A DNA stretch of 64,000 nucleotides, from contig OY969811.1 of assembly GCA_963703315.1 (NCBI GenBank), positions 2,912,001-2,976,000 on the forward strand. The letters are read 5' to 3'. The notes beneath the pieces were generated by a model. It was not told the origin of the DNA and ran no database searches. It saw only the letters and a program-made list of their open reading frames with translations. The position numbers were made by a program, and so were the translations under genes. This DNA is from an uncultured cyanobacterium (lineage in GTDB: Bacteria > Cyanobacteriota > Cyanobacteriia > Pseudanabaenales > Pseudanabaenaceae). Of the stretch, positions 19,692 through 30,499 are shown one piece after another; position 1 is the stretch's first letter; every line of letters begins with the position of its first letter.

Positions 19692-22181
19692 CTAAGCTGA
19701 AGGTAGTAACTGAAGATTATTATCAGAACCACTTAGAGCTTGCTGCTCGATTACTTTGACCTTGCCATCATCATCGACATCAACCTGTACTGATGCACCT
19801 TCACGGACTTTGCCCGTCAAGATTTCTTCAGCAAGGGAATCTTCGAGTAAGCGCATGATCGCTCGACGTAATGGACGCGCACCGTAGCTGGGGTTATAGC
19901 CTTCTTGGACTAACAGATCCTTAAAGCGCTCAGTTACCGTAAGCACGATGTGCTTATCGAGCATCCGCTTGAAGAACTCGTTGAGCATGAGATCGGCGAT
20001 CTCCTTGACTTCGGGTTTGGTCAACTGACGGAAGACGATGATTTCATCAAGACGGTTGAGGAACTCTGGACGGAAGTATTGCTTGAGTTCTTCGTTAACC
20101 AGCGATCGGATGCGGGTATAAAGCGCATCCTCTTGGCTAGCGGCGAAGTCAAAGCCAAGACCACCACCGCCTTTTTCAATTACCTTCGATCCGACGTTAG
20201 AGGTCATGATCAAGAGCGTATTCTTAAAGTCAACCGTCCGTCCTTTGGAGTCAGTCAAGCGACCATCTTCAAGGACTTGTAAGAGCAAGTTGAAGACATT
20301 GGGGTGCGCTTTTTCGATTTCATCAAATAGCACGACAGTATAAGGACGACGGCGCACTGCTTCCGTAAGCTGTCCACCCTCGTTATAACCAACATAGCCA
20401 GGAGGTGAACCGATCAGTTTGGATACGGTGTGACGCTCCATGTATTCCGACATATCGAGGCGAATCATCGCATCTTCGGAACCAAAGAAGTAAGCAGCAA
20501 GAGCTTTGGTTAGCTCTGTCTTCCCAACACCTGTAGGACCAGAGAAGATAAAGCTAGCGATCGGGCGGTTGGGACTCTTAAGCCCCACACGGGCGCGACG
20601 GATCGCACGAGAAATTGCTTTGACCGCTTCATCTTGTCCAATCACGCGGCTATGCAGAGTTTCTTCCATCTGCATGAGCTTGACCGATTCAGACTCAGTA
20701 ATCTTGAGGACAGGTACGCCAGTCCAAGAACTGACGATATAAGCAATATCCTCTTCGGTTACATGAATTTCAGGAGCTTCCTCGGCAGGAGTTTCCGCCT
20801 TTTTCGTTTGACTGAGGGCGCGAATTTGTTGCTTTAGATCAATTTCCTTGTCGCGCAATTCCGCAGCCTTATCAAAGTCTTGCTTACGAACGGCATCATC
20901 CTTATCTTTGAGGGTTTGACGCAATTCTTTGTCAAGCTCCTTCGCGGCAGGAGGTAATTGTGAATTAATCAAGCGCACCCGCGAACCAGCTTCATCAATC
21001 AAATCGATCGCCTTGTCTGGTAAGAAGCGATCGCTAATGTAGCGATCGGACAATTTGGCGGCGGCAACTAGGGCTTCATCATCAATCTTGAGTTTGTGAT
21101 GCTCTTCATAGCGCTGACGTAAACCGATCAAGATTTCGATAGTTTCTTCAACGCTTGGTTCACCGACCATTACTGGTTGGAATCGGCGTTCAAGGGCGGC
21201 ATCACGCTCAATATGCTTGCGATATTCATCAAGGGTGGTTGCGCCAATGCATTGCAGTTCACCACGAGCAAGGGCGGGCTTGAGAATGTTAGCAGCATCG
21301 ATCGCGCCTTCCGCCGCACCAGCACCGATCAAGGTATGGACTTCATCAATTACCAAGATCACATTGCCCGCCGTGCGGACTTCTTCCATGATTTTTTTGA
21401 GGCGTTCCTCAAATTCACCACGATATTTTGTACCTGCTACGAGCAGACCGATATCTAAGGTAACAACCCGCTTTTCTTGCAAAATGTCAGGAATATCACT
21501 GTTAGAAATACGCTGAGCTAGACCTTCAGCGATCGCGGTTTTACCAACACCTGGTTCACCAATCAAAACGGGGTTATTTTTGGTGCGGCGACCAAGGATC
21601 TGGATCACACGTTCAATTTCTTTTTCACGACCCACAACAGGATCGAGCTTGCCATCTTGGGCTAGCTGAGTTAGATTTGAGCCAAACTCATCAAGGGTGG
21701 GTGTTTTGGTGCGTCCTGACGAGCCACCACCTGCGGAGACTTCGGCAGTCTCACCTAACATACGGATGACTTGAGTGCGGACTTTGGACAGATCTACGCC
21801 CAAGTTTTCTAAAACTCTAGCGGCAACGCCTTCGCCTTCACGAATTAGTCCTAGCAATAAATGCTCAGTACCGATATAGTTATGCCCCAACTGGCGGGCT
21901 TCTTCTAACGACAACTCTAGGACTCTTTTGGCGCGAGGCGTGAAAGGTATTTCAACTGCTACAAAACCAGAGCCGCGTCCGATGATTTTCTCAACCTCGA
22001 TGCGAGCATCTTTGAGGTTTACACCCATGGACTTAAGTACTTTGGCGGCAACGCCAGTTCCTTCTCCGATTAGACCCAATAGGATTTGCTCTGTGCCGAC
22101 AAAGTTATGACCGAGGCGGCGAGCTTCCTCTTGAGCCAGCATGATGACTTTAATTGCTTTTTCTGTAAAGCGTTCAAACAT
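19692..22181 (-). CDS. clpC: Clp protease ATPase subunit ClpC
   Basis: [25 protein letters not shown]; two AAA+ modules. Confidence 0.98.
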   Translation of the reverse strand: MFERFTEKAIKVIMLAQEEARRLGHNFVGTEQILLGLIGEGTGVAAKVLKSMGVNLKDARIEVEKIIGRGSGFVAVEIPFTPRAKRVLELSLEEARQLGHNYIGTEHLLLGLIREGEGVAARVLENLGVDLSKVRTQVIRMLGETAEVSAGGGSSGRTKTPTLDEFGSNLTQLAQDGKLDPVVGREKEIERVIQILGRRTKNNPVLIGEPGVGKTAIAEGLAQRISNSDIPDILQEKRVVTLDIGLLVAGTKYRGEFEERLKKIMEEVRTAGNVILVIDEVHTLIGAGAAEGAIDAANILKPALARGELQCIGATTLDEYRKHIERDAALERRFQPVMVGEPSVEETIEILIGLRQRYEEHHKLKIDDEALVAAAKLSDRYISDRFLPDKAIDLIDEAGSRVRLINSQLPPAAKELDKELRQTLKDKDDAVRKQDFDKAAELRDKEIDLKQQIRALSQTKKAETPAEEAPEIHVTEEDIAYIVSSWTGVPVLKITESESVKLMQMEETLHSRVIGQDEAVKAISRAIRRARVGLKSPNRPIASFIFSGPTGVGKTELTKALAAYFFGSEDAMIRLDMSEYMERHTVSKLIGSPPGYVGYNEGGQLTEAVRRRPYTVVLFDEIEKAHPNVFNLLLQVLEDGRLTDSKGRTVDFKNTLLIMTSNVGSKVIEKGGGGLGFDFAASQEDALYTRIRSLVNEELKQYFRPEFLNRLDEIIVFRQLTKPEVKEIADLMLNEFFKRMLDKHIVLTVTERFKDLLVQEGYNPSYGARPLRRAIMRLLEDSLAEEILTGKVREGASVQVDVDDDGKVKVIEQQALSGSDNNLQLLPSA

Positions 22182-22457
22182 GGCGTTTCCCCATACTTTG
22201 CTGCGTTCTGGTTAAAATTAATACTAGCACAGCATTAGCAGCATTCTGTGTGTACGGCTTTCACTCCTTTTTAACTAAATTGTGAAGATCTCTCTTAGGG
22301 ATCATGTTTGCTTTTTACGGGCTGTTTAGACCCATATTTTTAGTTTTTTGTGGTTTGTGCAACCGATTAAAGCGCCGCTTTGCTGTATCCGAGGCTTAGG
22401 CAAAACCAAGAAGCGGGGTGCGCTGCACCCCGCTTCTTGGTTTTTGTGTCCTAGCCG

Positions 22458-24254
22458 TTAACTTTTAGCAGGAGGCAAAGACAACTTAACGTGTAGTTCT
22501 TTCAATTGCGAGTCATCGACACTGGATGGCGCATCGGTCAACAGGTCGCGTGCTTGCTGAGTTTTCGGGAAAGCAATCACATCACGGATCGAGTCTGCAC
22601 CAGCAATCAACATCACTAAGCGATCGAGTCCAAAGGCTAAACCGCCGTGAGGAGGAGTGCCATATTCAAAGGCTTCCATGAGGAATCCAAACTTCTCTTT
22701 TGCTTGCTCATCACTTAGCCCGATCGCCGCAAATACTTTCTCTTGAACTTCGCGCTTATGAATCCGAATACTACCACCGCCAATCTCTGTACCGTTAAGT
22801 ACAAGGTCATAGGCTAGTGCGATCGTATTCACATCAATAGGTTGACCATCGGCAATATCTTCAGGACGAGGCGATGTGAAGGGATGGTGCAGTGCTTCCA
22901 ATCTTTTCTCATCAGCATTCCACTCAAACATCGGGAAATCAGTGATCCAGACAAAATTGAGCTTGTCATGATCGATTAATCCTAACTCATGACCTAGAGC
23001 TAAACGTAAACGATAGAGAGATTCATTGACGATCGCCTTTTCACCAGCACCAAATAACAGGATTGTCCCTGCGGTTGCGCCTGTGCGTTCGAGCAATTCC
23101 TTCTTAACTTCATCGGTAAGGCTATCTTTAAGAGCGCCGATGGTATCGATTACGCCGCCTTCACGCACGCGGATAAAGGCTAAGCCCTTTGCGCCATACT
23201 GTGCAACGAGATTGGATAAGTCGCCACCGGGTTTGATGCGGGTATTGGAAATTGCTTCATCACCACCAATGACGGGTAGAACTTTGATAATGCCGCCATT
23301 GGCAACGGTGTTGGCAAAAACTTTAAAGCCCGAATTGGCAAACAAATCAGTGACATTGACCAATTCCATACCAAAGCGAGTATCAGGGCGATCGCAGCCA
23401 TAGCGATCCATTGACTCAGCGTATGTAAGTCGAGGGAAATCACCAAGTTCTACACCTTTAACAGTTTTGAAAATGTAGCGAATTAGGTTCTCATTTAGCT
23501 CAATAATTTCTTCCTGAGACATGAAACTCATTTCCATGTCCAGTTGCGTAAATTCAGGCTGGCGATCAGCCCGAAGGTCTTCATCACGGAAACATCGCGC
23601 AATCTGATAGTAGCGATCGCATCCGCCTACCATTAGCAATTGCTTAAACAACTGTGGAGACTGAGGCAATGCATACCATTGACCTGCATTAACTCGACTT
23701 GGCACAAGATAATCCCGCGCTCCTTCAGGAGTGGAACGGCAAAGGATCGGCGTTTCCACTTCCATAAAGCCATATTCATCTTCAAGGAAGCGACGAATCG
23801 ATTTGACCACCTCAAATCTGAGTTTGAGATTGCTGGCTAGGCGATCGCCACGCATATCGAGATAGCGATATTTCAGGCGCAATTCTTCTTTAATCGTGTC
23901 CGCTTCCGAAATTAGGAAGGGTAGCGGCTTGCTGACTGCATTCAATAATTCGATTGATTCTGCATAAATTTCTACTTCACCTGTAGCTAGTTTCGGATTG
24001 AGCGACTCGTCGGGACGCTTAGAAACTTTGCCGATAATCCTGACCACGTATTCATTTCGCATTTCCCCTGCGAGGTCATAGGACTCAGGAGTACGCTGGG
24101 GATCGCTGACGATTTGCAAGATTCCTGTGCGATCGCGCAAATCTAAAAAGATCACACCACCATGATCCCGTCTGCGATCGATCCAACCGCACAAGCTAAC
24201 TGTTTGTCCGATATGTTCGGCGTTGAGGTGACCGCAATAGTTGCTACGCATCAT
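22458..24254 (-). CDS. aspS: Aspartate--tRNA ligase
   Basis: OB fold [28 protein letters not shown] and PPHGG. Confidence 0.98.
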   Translation of the reverse strand: MMRSNYCGHLNAEHIGQTVSLCGWIDRRRDHGGVIFLDLRDRTGILQIVSDPQRTPESYDLAGEMRNEYVVRIIGKVSKRPDESLNPKLATGEVEIYAESIELLNAVSKPLPFLISEADTIKEELRLKYRYLDMRGDRLASNLKLRFEVVKSIRRFLEDEYGFMEVETPILCRSTPEGARDYLVPSRVNAGQWYALPQSPQLFKQLLMVGGCDRYYQIARCFRDEDLRADRQPEFTQLDMEMSFMSQEEIIELNENLIRYIFKTVKGVELGDFPRLTYAESMDRYGCDRPDTRFGMELVNVTDLFANSGFKVFANTVANGGIIKVLPVIGGDEAISNTRIKPGGDLSNLVAQYGAKGLAFIRVREGGVIDTIGALKDSLTDEVKKELLERTGATAGTILLFGAGEKAIVNESLYRLRLALGHELGLIDHDKLNFVWITDFPMFEWNADEKRLEALHHPFTSPRPEDIADGQPIDVNTIALAYDLVLNGTEIGGGSIRIHKREVQEKVFAAIGLSDEQAKEKFGFLMEAFEYGTPPHGGLAFGLDRLVMLIAGADSIRDVIAFPKTQQARDLLTDAPSSVDDSQLKELHVKLSLPPAKS

Positions 24255-24376
24255 GATGTTATTGGCGAAACTTTAGATAAAAAAGTGAAAATTGTAATTT
24301 TGACCATTTACTATCATAACTTGTAAAGGATTCAAAACTTAAAAAACTAAAGATAGACAGCAATTCTCAATTATGG

Positions 24377-27300
24377 CTACTTGGCAAGCTGCATTGTGTC
24401 TAGCCACTCAATTAAATGATCGAGTTGTTTATCATGGGATAACGTGCCTAAACCTCTCACAGTGACATTGCCTTTGCTAAATACAAAGCGCGATCGCAAA
24501 TGACTCGGTAAATGCTCATGGAGTAATTTCCATGCTGGTTCTTCCATCTTTGACTCTAGGACAACGTGTTGCTTACCATCAGGCTTAATCCGTGAGAAGC
24601 CAATTCGCTTAGCAATTAACTTCAATTCCATGACTTTGATTAATTGCATGGCAGGGGCAGGAACCTTTCCATAACAATCATTCCATTCTTCAATAATTTG
24701 GGTAAGCTCACGGCGCGAATTGACAGAAGCTACGGCTCGGTAGGCGCTCATCTTGCGGTCGCCATCAGGAATATACTCCGCAGGTATAAAAGCAGTAATC
24801 GGTAAATCCACCTGTGTATCATCGACTTCAGGGATTTCCGAACCACGTATTTCGGCGATCGCCTCTTGCAGCATTTCCATATAGAGATCAAAGCCAATCG
24901 TGTTAATCTGTCCAGACTGTTCTGCACCAAGCAAATTGCCGACACCTCTGATTTCCATATCGCGCATTGCTAATTGATAGCCTGAACCGAGATGCGTAAA
25001 TTCTTGAATTGCTTTCAGTCGTTTACGAGCGACATCGGTGAGTTCACCTTTCTCTTGATAAAACAGCCATGCATGGGCTTGGATGCCAGCACGACCGACC
25101 CGACCTCGCAATTGATAAAGTTGTGCTAGTCCAAATCTTTGAGCATCTTCGATAATGATCGTATTCACACGAGGAATATCCAACCCAGATTCGATAATCG
25201 TAGTACAGATCATCATGTCTGCTTCACCACTATTGAAACTGAGCATGGTTGCTTCGAGTTCCGCTTCGGGCATCTGTCCATGCGCGATCGCCATGCGTAC
25301 CGATGGCAACATTTCATGAACTCTTGCCGACACCTCCTCAATATCATCAATGCGCGACACCACATAAAAAATCTGCCCACCGCGATCGAGTTCTTGACGG
25401 ATGGCTGCCCTTACCAATTCAAGGTTATAGCGAGAGAGATGGGTCATGATCGATCGCCTTGAGGGTGGTGGCGTAGTAATCAGACTCATTTCCCGCACGC
25501 CCGACATCGCCATATACAAAGTGCGCGGAATCGGTGTTGCGGAAAGGGTGAGAACATCTACTTCTGTTTTGAGAGTTTTGATTTTCTCTTTCTGAGCCAC
25601 ACCAAAGCGTTGTTCTTCATCAATTACCAATAGCCCTAAATCCTTAAATTCCACTTCTTTGGATAGAAGCTGATGCGTACCGACCACAATATCTAATTCA
25701 CCCGTTTTTAATTTTTTGAAGATTTCCTTCTTTTCAGAAGTAGTGCGGAAACGGTTAAGCAGTGCAATATTCACAGGATAGGCTGCATAGCGTTCTTGCA
25801 AACTATGATAATGCTGTTGCGCCAGAATCGTTGTGGGGACTAGTAGCGCTGCTTGTTTGCCAGAGGTGACTGCTTTAAAAATGGTACGAATCGCTACTTC
25901 CGTTTTACCAAAACCAACATCGCCACAAACAAGACGATCCATTGGACGGGAACTTTCCATATCCTGCTTCACGTCCTGTGTTGCCTTGAGTTGATCAGGT
26001 GTGGCTTGATAGGGAAAGGAATCTTCCATTTCCTGCTGCCAAGGATTATCAGGAGGGAAAGAATATCCCACTTGTTGCGATCGCTTGGCATAAAGTTCTA
26101 ACAAATCAAAGGCAATCTTCTTAATCGCTTTCTTGGCTTTGCTGGTAGTGTTTGTCCAAGCCTTGCTTGCCATTTTATGCAGTTCGGGCTTGCCTTCATT
26201 CATGCCCCGATAGCGCGATAGAGTGGACATTTGATCGACAACTACTCGTAACAATCCATCGGCATATTTGAGAACTAAATATTCGCGAGTTTCCTTATTA
26301 ACCGTCAACTTCTCTAATTTAATAAACTGACCCACACCATGATTTTTATGTACAACGTAATCACCTGCGGATAATTTATTCAGATCAACCTGTTTGGAGA
26401 CGGCTCGGCGGCGTTTACGCACATAGTTGGGAGTTCCCAAGGCGTGCTGTCCAAAAAACTCGCGATCGCTAATTACAGCAATCCGATAGGTGGGCAGTAC
26501 AAAACCTTGGATCTCGGCAATGCCTGAATATTTCAAAGCTACGGCAATCCGTAAATTATGGGTTTTCTCGATCGCAGGATAATCACGGACATTGGGAATA
26601 AACTGCGCCTGACAATCATGTTCTTGGAGCAGCGCAACCGTGCGCGAAGGCTGGGCGGAGATGAGAATGATTTTGTACTTCTGTTCGCGATAGTCGCGAA
26701 TTGTCTGAGCTAGCTTCCCGAACTGGTGCGGAATCGCAGGAACAGAACGACTAGCCATATTCAACCCACGATTTTCTTCGGCTAGTTCCGATAGATCAAG
26801 GCGATCAAATTTATTAATTTGTTCTAGACATTCCGTAAAGGAGCGATGGAGTTTGCCCTCACCCCCAGCCCCTCTCCCATTGAGGGAGAGGGGAGCAATT
26901 TCTACAGAGGATTCATACCAGCGATCGCAATGGGCTTGACATTGATCGATTTCATCAATGACGACTAAACAATTTTCTGGACTTGGTAAATAATCTAATA
27001 AAGAAGCGGTGGAGTTGGGATGAACCGCAAAACCTTGAGGTGTAAACTCATCCTCTAGCTCGTCATTGGTTGATGTGGAATCTCCTAATATATGACCGTA
27101 GCTAGTGGGAGTCAGTAAGATAGAGGGAATACTATCCAGTGGTCTTTGGGTGGCGGGTTCAAACTCACGAATCCGTTCGATTTCATCGCCAAACCAGTCA
27201 ATCCGCACAGGCATTTCACTAGAAACTGGGAAAATATCAATAATATCGCCACGTCTTCCCCATTGCCCCTCAGTTTCCACGGTTGAGGTATGGCTATAGC

Positions 27301-27802
27301 CCATTAGGGTTAAGTTTTCCGCCATATCTTGCAGTTTAATCTCAGAACCAACTTCCAAAGATAGGCAATATTCTTTAAAGGCTTCAGGACTGGGTAAATG
27401 CGGCTGAAGGGCGCGATCTGTCGCCACGATCGCTACTTTTTTCTTGTCTCCCTCGCGCTCATGCCAATTCACCAAATCCGCTAACACCTGCATCTGTCCC
27501 CAAATGATCTCTGATTCAGGCTGATAAGGCTCGTAGGGCAAGGCATCGGAATTGGGGTAAAAATGCACAGTCTGCCAACCCATCGTTTCCAATTGCACAG
27601 ACCAACGCCCTGCCTCCTCAATCGTGGCGGCAATCACTAACATCAGCCGTTCTTGCTTTTGACTCAAGGTGGAGCTAACGAGTCCTTTGCCCACCCGCGA
27701 TAAACCTGAAAGACTGAGTTGATGCGATCGCACCAATTTACTCTCTAGTTCATCAGTGAGAGGCGATCGGATTAATGAACGAATTACAGAGGAAAATGGC
27801 AT
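24377..27802 (-). CDS. mfd: Transcription-repair coupling factor
   Basis: UvrB-like N-terminus, CarD-like [18 protein letters not shown] and TRCF C-terminus. Confidence 0.98.
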   Translation of the reverse strand: MPFSSVIRSLIRSPLTDELESKLVRSHQLSLSGLSRVGKGLVSSTLSQKQERLMLVIAATIEEAGRWSVQLETMGWQTVHFYPNSDALPYEPYQPESEIIWGQMQVLADLVNWHEREGDKKKVAIVATDRALQPHLPSPEAFKEYCLSLEVGSEIKLQDMAENLTLMGYSHTSTVETEGQWGRRGDIIDIFPVSSEMPVRIDWFGDEIERIREFEPATQRPLDSIPSILLTPTSYGHILGDSTSTNDELEDEFTPQGFAVHPNSTASLLDYLPSPENCLVVIDEIDQCQAHCDRWYESSVEIAPLSLNGRGAGGEGKLHRSFTECLEQINKFDRLDLSELAEENRGLNMASRSVPAIPHQFGKLAQTIRDYREQKYKIILISAQPSRTVALLQEHDCQAQFIPNVRDYPAIEKTHNLRIAVALKYSGIAEIQGFVLPTYRIAVISDREFFGQHALGTPNYVRKRRRAVSKQVDLNKLSAGDYVVHKNHGVGQFIKLEKLTVNKETREYLVLKYADGLLRVVVDQMSTLSRYRGMNEGKPELHKMASKAWTNTTSKAKKAIKKIAFDLLELYAKRSQQVGYSFPPDNPWQQEMEDSFPYQATPDQLKATQDVKQDMESSRPMDRLVCGDVGFGKTEVAIRTIFKAVTSGKQAALLVPTTILAQQHYHSLQERYAAYPVNIALLNRFRTTSEKKEIFKKLKTGELDIVVGTHQLLSKEVEFKDLGLLVIDEEQRFGVAQKEKIKTLKTEVDVLTLSATPIPRTLYMAMSGVREMSLITTPPPSRRSIMTHLSRYNLELVRAAIRQELDRGGQIFYVVSRIDDIEEVSARVHEMLPSVRMAIAHGQMPEAELEATMLSFNSGEADMMICTTIIESGLDIPRVNTIIIEDAQRFGLAQLYQLRGRVGRAGIQAHAWLFYQEKGELTDVARKRLKAIQEFTHLGSGYQLAMRDMEIRGVGNLLGAEQSGQINTIGFDLYMEMLQEAIAEIRGSEIPEVDDTQVDLPITAFIPAEYIPDGDRKMSAYRAVASVNSRRELTQIIEEWNDCYGKVPAPAMQLIKVMELKLIAKRIGFSRIKPDGKQHVVLESKMEEPAWKLLHEHLPSHLRSRFVFSKGNVTVRGLGTLSHDKQLDHLIEWLDTMQLAK
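26855..26896. repeat. 42-bp dispersed repeat lying in frame inside mfd
   Basis: GCCCTCACCCCCAGCCCCTCTCCCATTGAGGGAGAGGGGAGC with a 10-bp hairpin; encodes [14 protein letters not shown]. Confidence 0.7.
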
Positions 27803-27878
27803 GGTCTATCTAGAATAGGTAATACTAAAATTCAGGGTTTGGCTCATCGGCACATAAGTAAAGTTGTTGAAATTAAAC

Positions 27879-27953
27879 GTAGGATGGGTTAGCGATCGCG
27901 TAACCCATCATTGAGACACACTTGATGCGTTACGTTGCACTAACGCATCCTAC
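27879..27953. repeat. GTAG-type REP doublet (REPIN-like)
   Basis: GTAGGATGGGTTAGCGATCGCGTAACCCATC and inverted GATGCGTTACGTTGCACTAACGCATCCTAC. Confidence 0.8.
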
Positions 27954-28110
27954 ATTTAATTAAGCTTTCCCACTTAGTAACGCTTATGCTAACCGCTAAG
28001 GGACTCGTAATAGATTTTTGTGGCGCGGCAAAGCCGCGCCACAAAAATCTCTAGTTCTTTATTTACCACGCTAACAAAATTTGCAGCGATTTTTGGGAGA
28101 TAAGTTTTTA

Positions 28111-29466
28111 ATGATCAGACACTTAGAAGAACAAAATCTAGAATATGCGTTTTATCAGCTAGCCGATCGCCTGATTGAGCGTCTCCACCATGACGAACAT
28201 CTCACGATTAATTTAGATAGTGAGCGCAGCCAATTCACGAGATTTAATCATGCTAAGGTTCGACAATCAGGGGTTGTCGCTGATGGAAATGTGACAATTT
28301 CGCTGATTTTTAATCAACGCGAAGCCTATGCCGAATTTCCCTTTACGGGCGATCTCAGTACCGATATCGCGATCGCCATCACCAGCCTCGATTATCTTAG
28401 GCAAGAAGTCGCCCAAATTCCTGAAAATCCTTATCTGGTCTTACCTGAAAATCAAGGCTCCAGTCGGGAAGTTTATCAAGGCAAGTTGTTAGCACCAGAA
28501 GAGGCGATCGCCACAATTCTCGCACCTGTAGCAAACATTGACTTTACAGGCTTTTATGCATCAGGTTCGATCATTCGTGCCAATGCCAACTCCGCAGGTC
28601 AGAGACATTGGTTTGCGACCGATTCTTTCTTTGTCGATTATTCGATGTTTGTCCAGACTAATTCTGGAGAAAAAGCTGTCAAAGGTATTTACGCTGGTAC
28701 AGAATGGCAACCAGAGTCTTACAAGTTAAAGATTGCGCGATCGCAAGAGCAACTCGTAGCTTTACAAAGACCTAGCAAAACTCTAGAACGTGGGCAGTAC
28801 CACACCTATTTTGCCCCCGATGCTGCTGCCTATTTATTGAGCTTCCTCACTTGGAGCGTAGGGGAGGCGAGTTTACAGCAGGGTAGTAGCGCCCTTTTGA
28901 AATTAAAAAATCAGGAACGCACCCTCTCACCCTTGCTATCCCTCAACGAAAACTTCACCTACGGCAATGTGCCACGTTTTAATAGCTTAGGGGAAGTAGC
29001 ACCTGAACATTTAGCGATTATTAGCAATGGCAAGCTAGTAAATACGCTCGTCAGTTCTCGCAGTGCTAAGGAATATGGCAAAACTGCCAATGGTGCAGGT
29101 AGTGGTGAATCAATGCGATCGCCTGAAATTGCCGCAGGAAATTTAACGGGCGCAAATATTCTTAACCAGTTAGATACGGGGCTATATCTGTCAAATCTGC
29201 ATTATCTGAACTGGAGCGATCGCGCTGGCGGCAGAATCACAGGCATGACTCGCTATGCTTGTTTCTGGGTCGAAAATGGCGAATTAATTGCCCCCATTGA
29301 AAATCTGCGTTTTGACGATAGTATTTACGATTTCTTAGGCGACAATCTTGAAGAATTGACAGCATTTCGGGAATTTATTCCTGATACGGGAACCTATGAA
29401 AAGCGATCGCTAGGCGGTATTCTCTCCCCTGGAATGCTAATTAAAGACTTTACATTTACGCTGTAA
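28111..29466 (+). CDS. TldD/PmbA family protein (TldE-like)
   Basis: RFNHAKVRQ, NLHYLNWSD, TGMTR and NLRFDDS; likely ATG at 28111. Confidence 0.88.
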   Translation: MIRHLEEQNLEYAFYQLADRLIERLHHDEHLTINLDSERSQFTRFNHAKVRQSGVVADGNVTISLIFNQREAYAEFPFTGDLSTDIAIAITSLDYLRQEVAQIPENPYLVLPENQGSSREVYQGKLLAPEEAIATILAPVANIDFTGFYASGSIIRANANSAGQRHWFATDSFFVDYSMFVQTNSGEKAVKGIYAGTEWQPESYKLKIARSQEQLVALQRPSKTLERGQYHTYFAPDAAAYLLSFLTWSVGEASLQQGSSALLKLKNQERTLSPLLSLNENFTYGNVPRFNSLGEVAPEHLAIISNGKLVNTLVSSRSAKEYGKTANGAGSGESMRSPEIAAGNLTGANILNQLDTGLYLSNLHYLNWSDRAGGRITGMTRYACFWVENGELIAPIENLRFDDSIYDFLGDNLEELTAFREFIPDTGTYEKRSLGGILSPGMLIKDFTFTL

Positions 29467-29943
29467 ATATCATGCTTTAGAATTATGCTTTAGATAAATT
29501 GAGAACAATCTATCTTTTCTAATCTTCCTAAAAAAAATATTGCCTAAAAATCAATATTTATTAACCTTGTATACAATGCTACATAGCTAGGTTATTAGTA
29601 TTGATAGATACACTTACTATTTACTTGTGTATAAGGTTTTATGCTTTATCTCGGACATTATTCACTAGTCCAATCTTGAGATTATTAAAAAAAAGTAAAA
29701 TAGACTAGGGATAGCTGATTATGCAAAACTATGCCTAGTCTTTAAGTGCTAAAACATTTACCTAGAGAGCTTTTACAGCTTTATATCATCAGTTTATTCA
29801 GTTAGCTATATCCAATAATTTTAAGCTTTTAACATTATCTGCGACATTTGGCGGTAGAAAAAAGTTATCTAATAGTTATATAAAGTAATTATTTTTCAAA
29901 AAATCGGGTAAGCTGTTAAGGTAGCTTAAGAGCCAGAATTTCT

Positions 29944-30183
29944 ATGTTGTTAACTTCCTACAAAAATATTCTGCCAGCTTCAATTGCCTTAATCGGGGGG
30001 GTAATGTTGACTGTTGGTTTTCCACAGCTATTGCTAGAAAATAATCACGTAGGATACACACCATCTCGTCCTCAACCTAAGACGACGCAAGGTGGAGGAT
30101 CTCGTTTAATAGATATTAATCGTGAATTAGTATCTTCTCGTTCACTAGCTCCTCAAGCTAGTACTGCAAAAACATTAGCTTAA
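29944..30183 (+). CDS. Small putative secreted peptide with a P..TxGGGSR motif
   Basis: 79 aa: hydrophobic N-terminal segment followed by YTPSRPQPKTTQGGGSR. Confidence 0.65.
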   Translation: MLLTSYKNILPASIALIGGVMLTVGFPQLLLENNHVGYTPSRPQPKTTQGGGSRLIDINRELVSSRSLAPQASTAKTLA

Positions 30184-30228
30184 AGTAACGTTTAGCATGA
30201 TCATAGGCACGAAGTTTCAGGCAAATTA

Positions 30229-30398
30229 CACCAAAAAAATAGAGAGAGATTCTAAGAATCTCTCTCTATTTTTTTGGTGTTATATAGCGAGTTACAGGAG
30301 ATTGTTTCCCCGCCGAAGGCGGGGAAACAATCCCGTACTTCATGCACCTAAAAAGCGAGTTGCGGCGCTTCGCGCCGCAACTCGCTTTTTAGGTGCAG
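30229..30398. repeat. Three adjacent palindromes, including a partial family B element
   Basis: caccaaaaaaatagagagagattc IR, ttgtttccccgcc IR and tgcacctaaaaagcgagttgcggcgc IR. Confidence 0.85.
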
Positions 30399-30499
30399 CT
30401 TACGACAAAGCGCTTGCATACATTTAAGCAGGAATTTGATAGGATAAAGTCATTTCAAAATGTGGGTCTTAGGGCGGCAATTCTAACTAAAATCTTTAA

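Noticed and set aside
19950..26101. Many antisense or alternate-frame ORFs within clpC, aspS and mfd (also atpD, rpsA, pnt)
   Set aside because: Shadow ORFs of conserved genes with no independent motifs
30197..30427. 76-aa ORF between the peptide gene and the CHASE2 gene
   Set aside because: Runs almost entirely through three palindromic repeats; likely spurious
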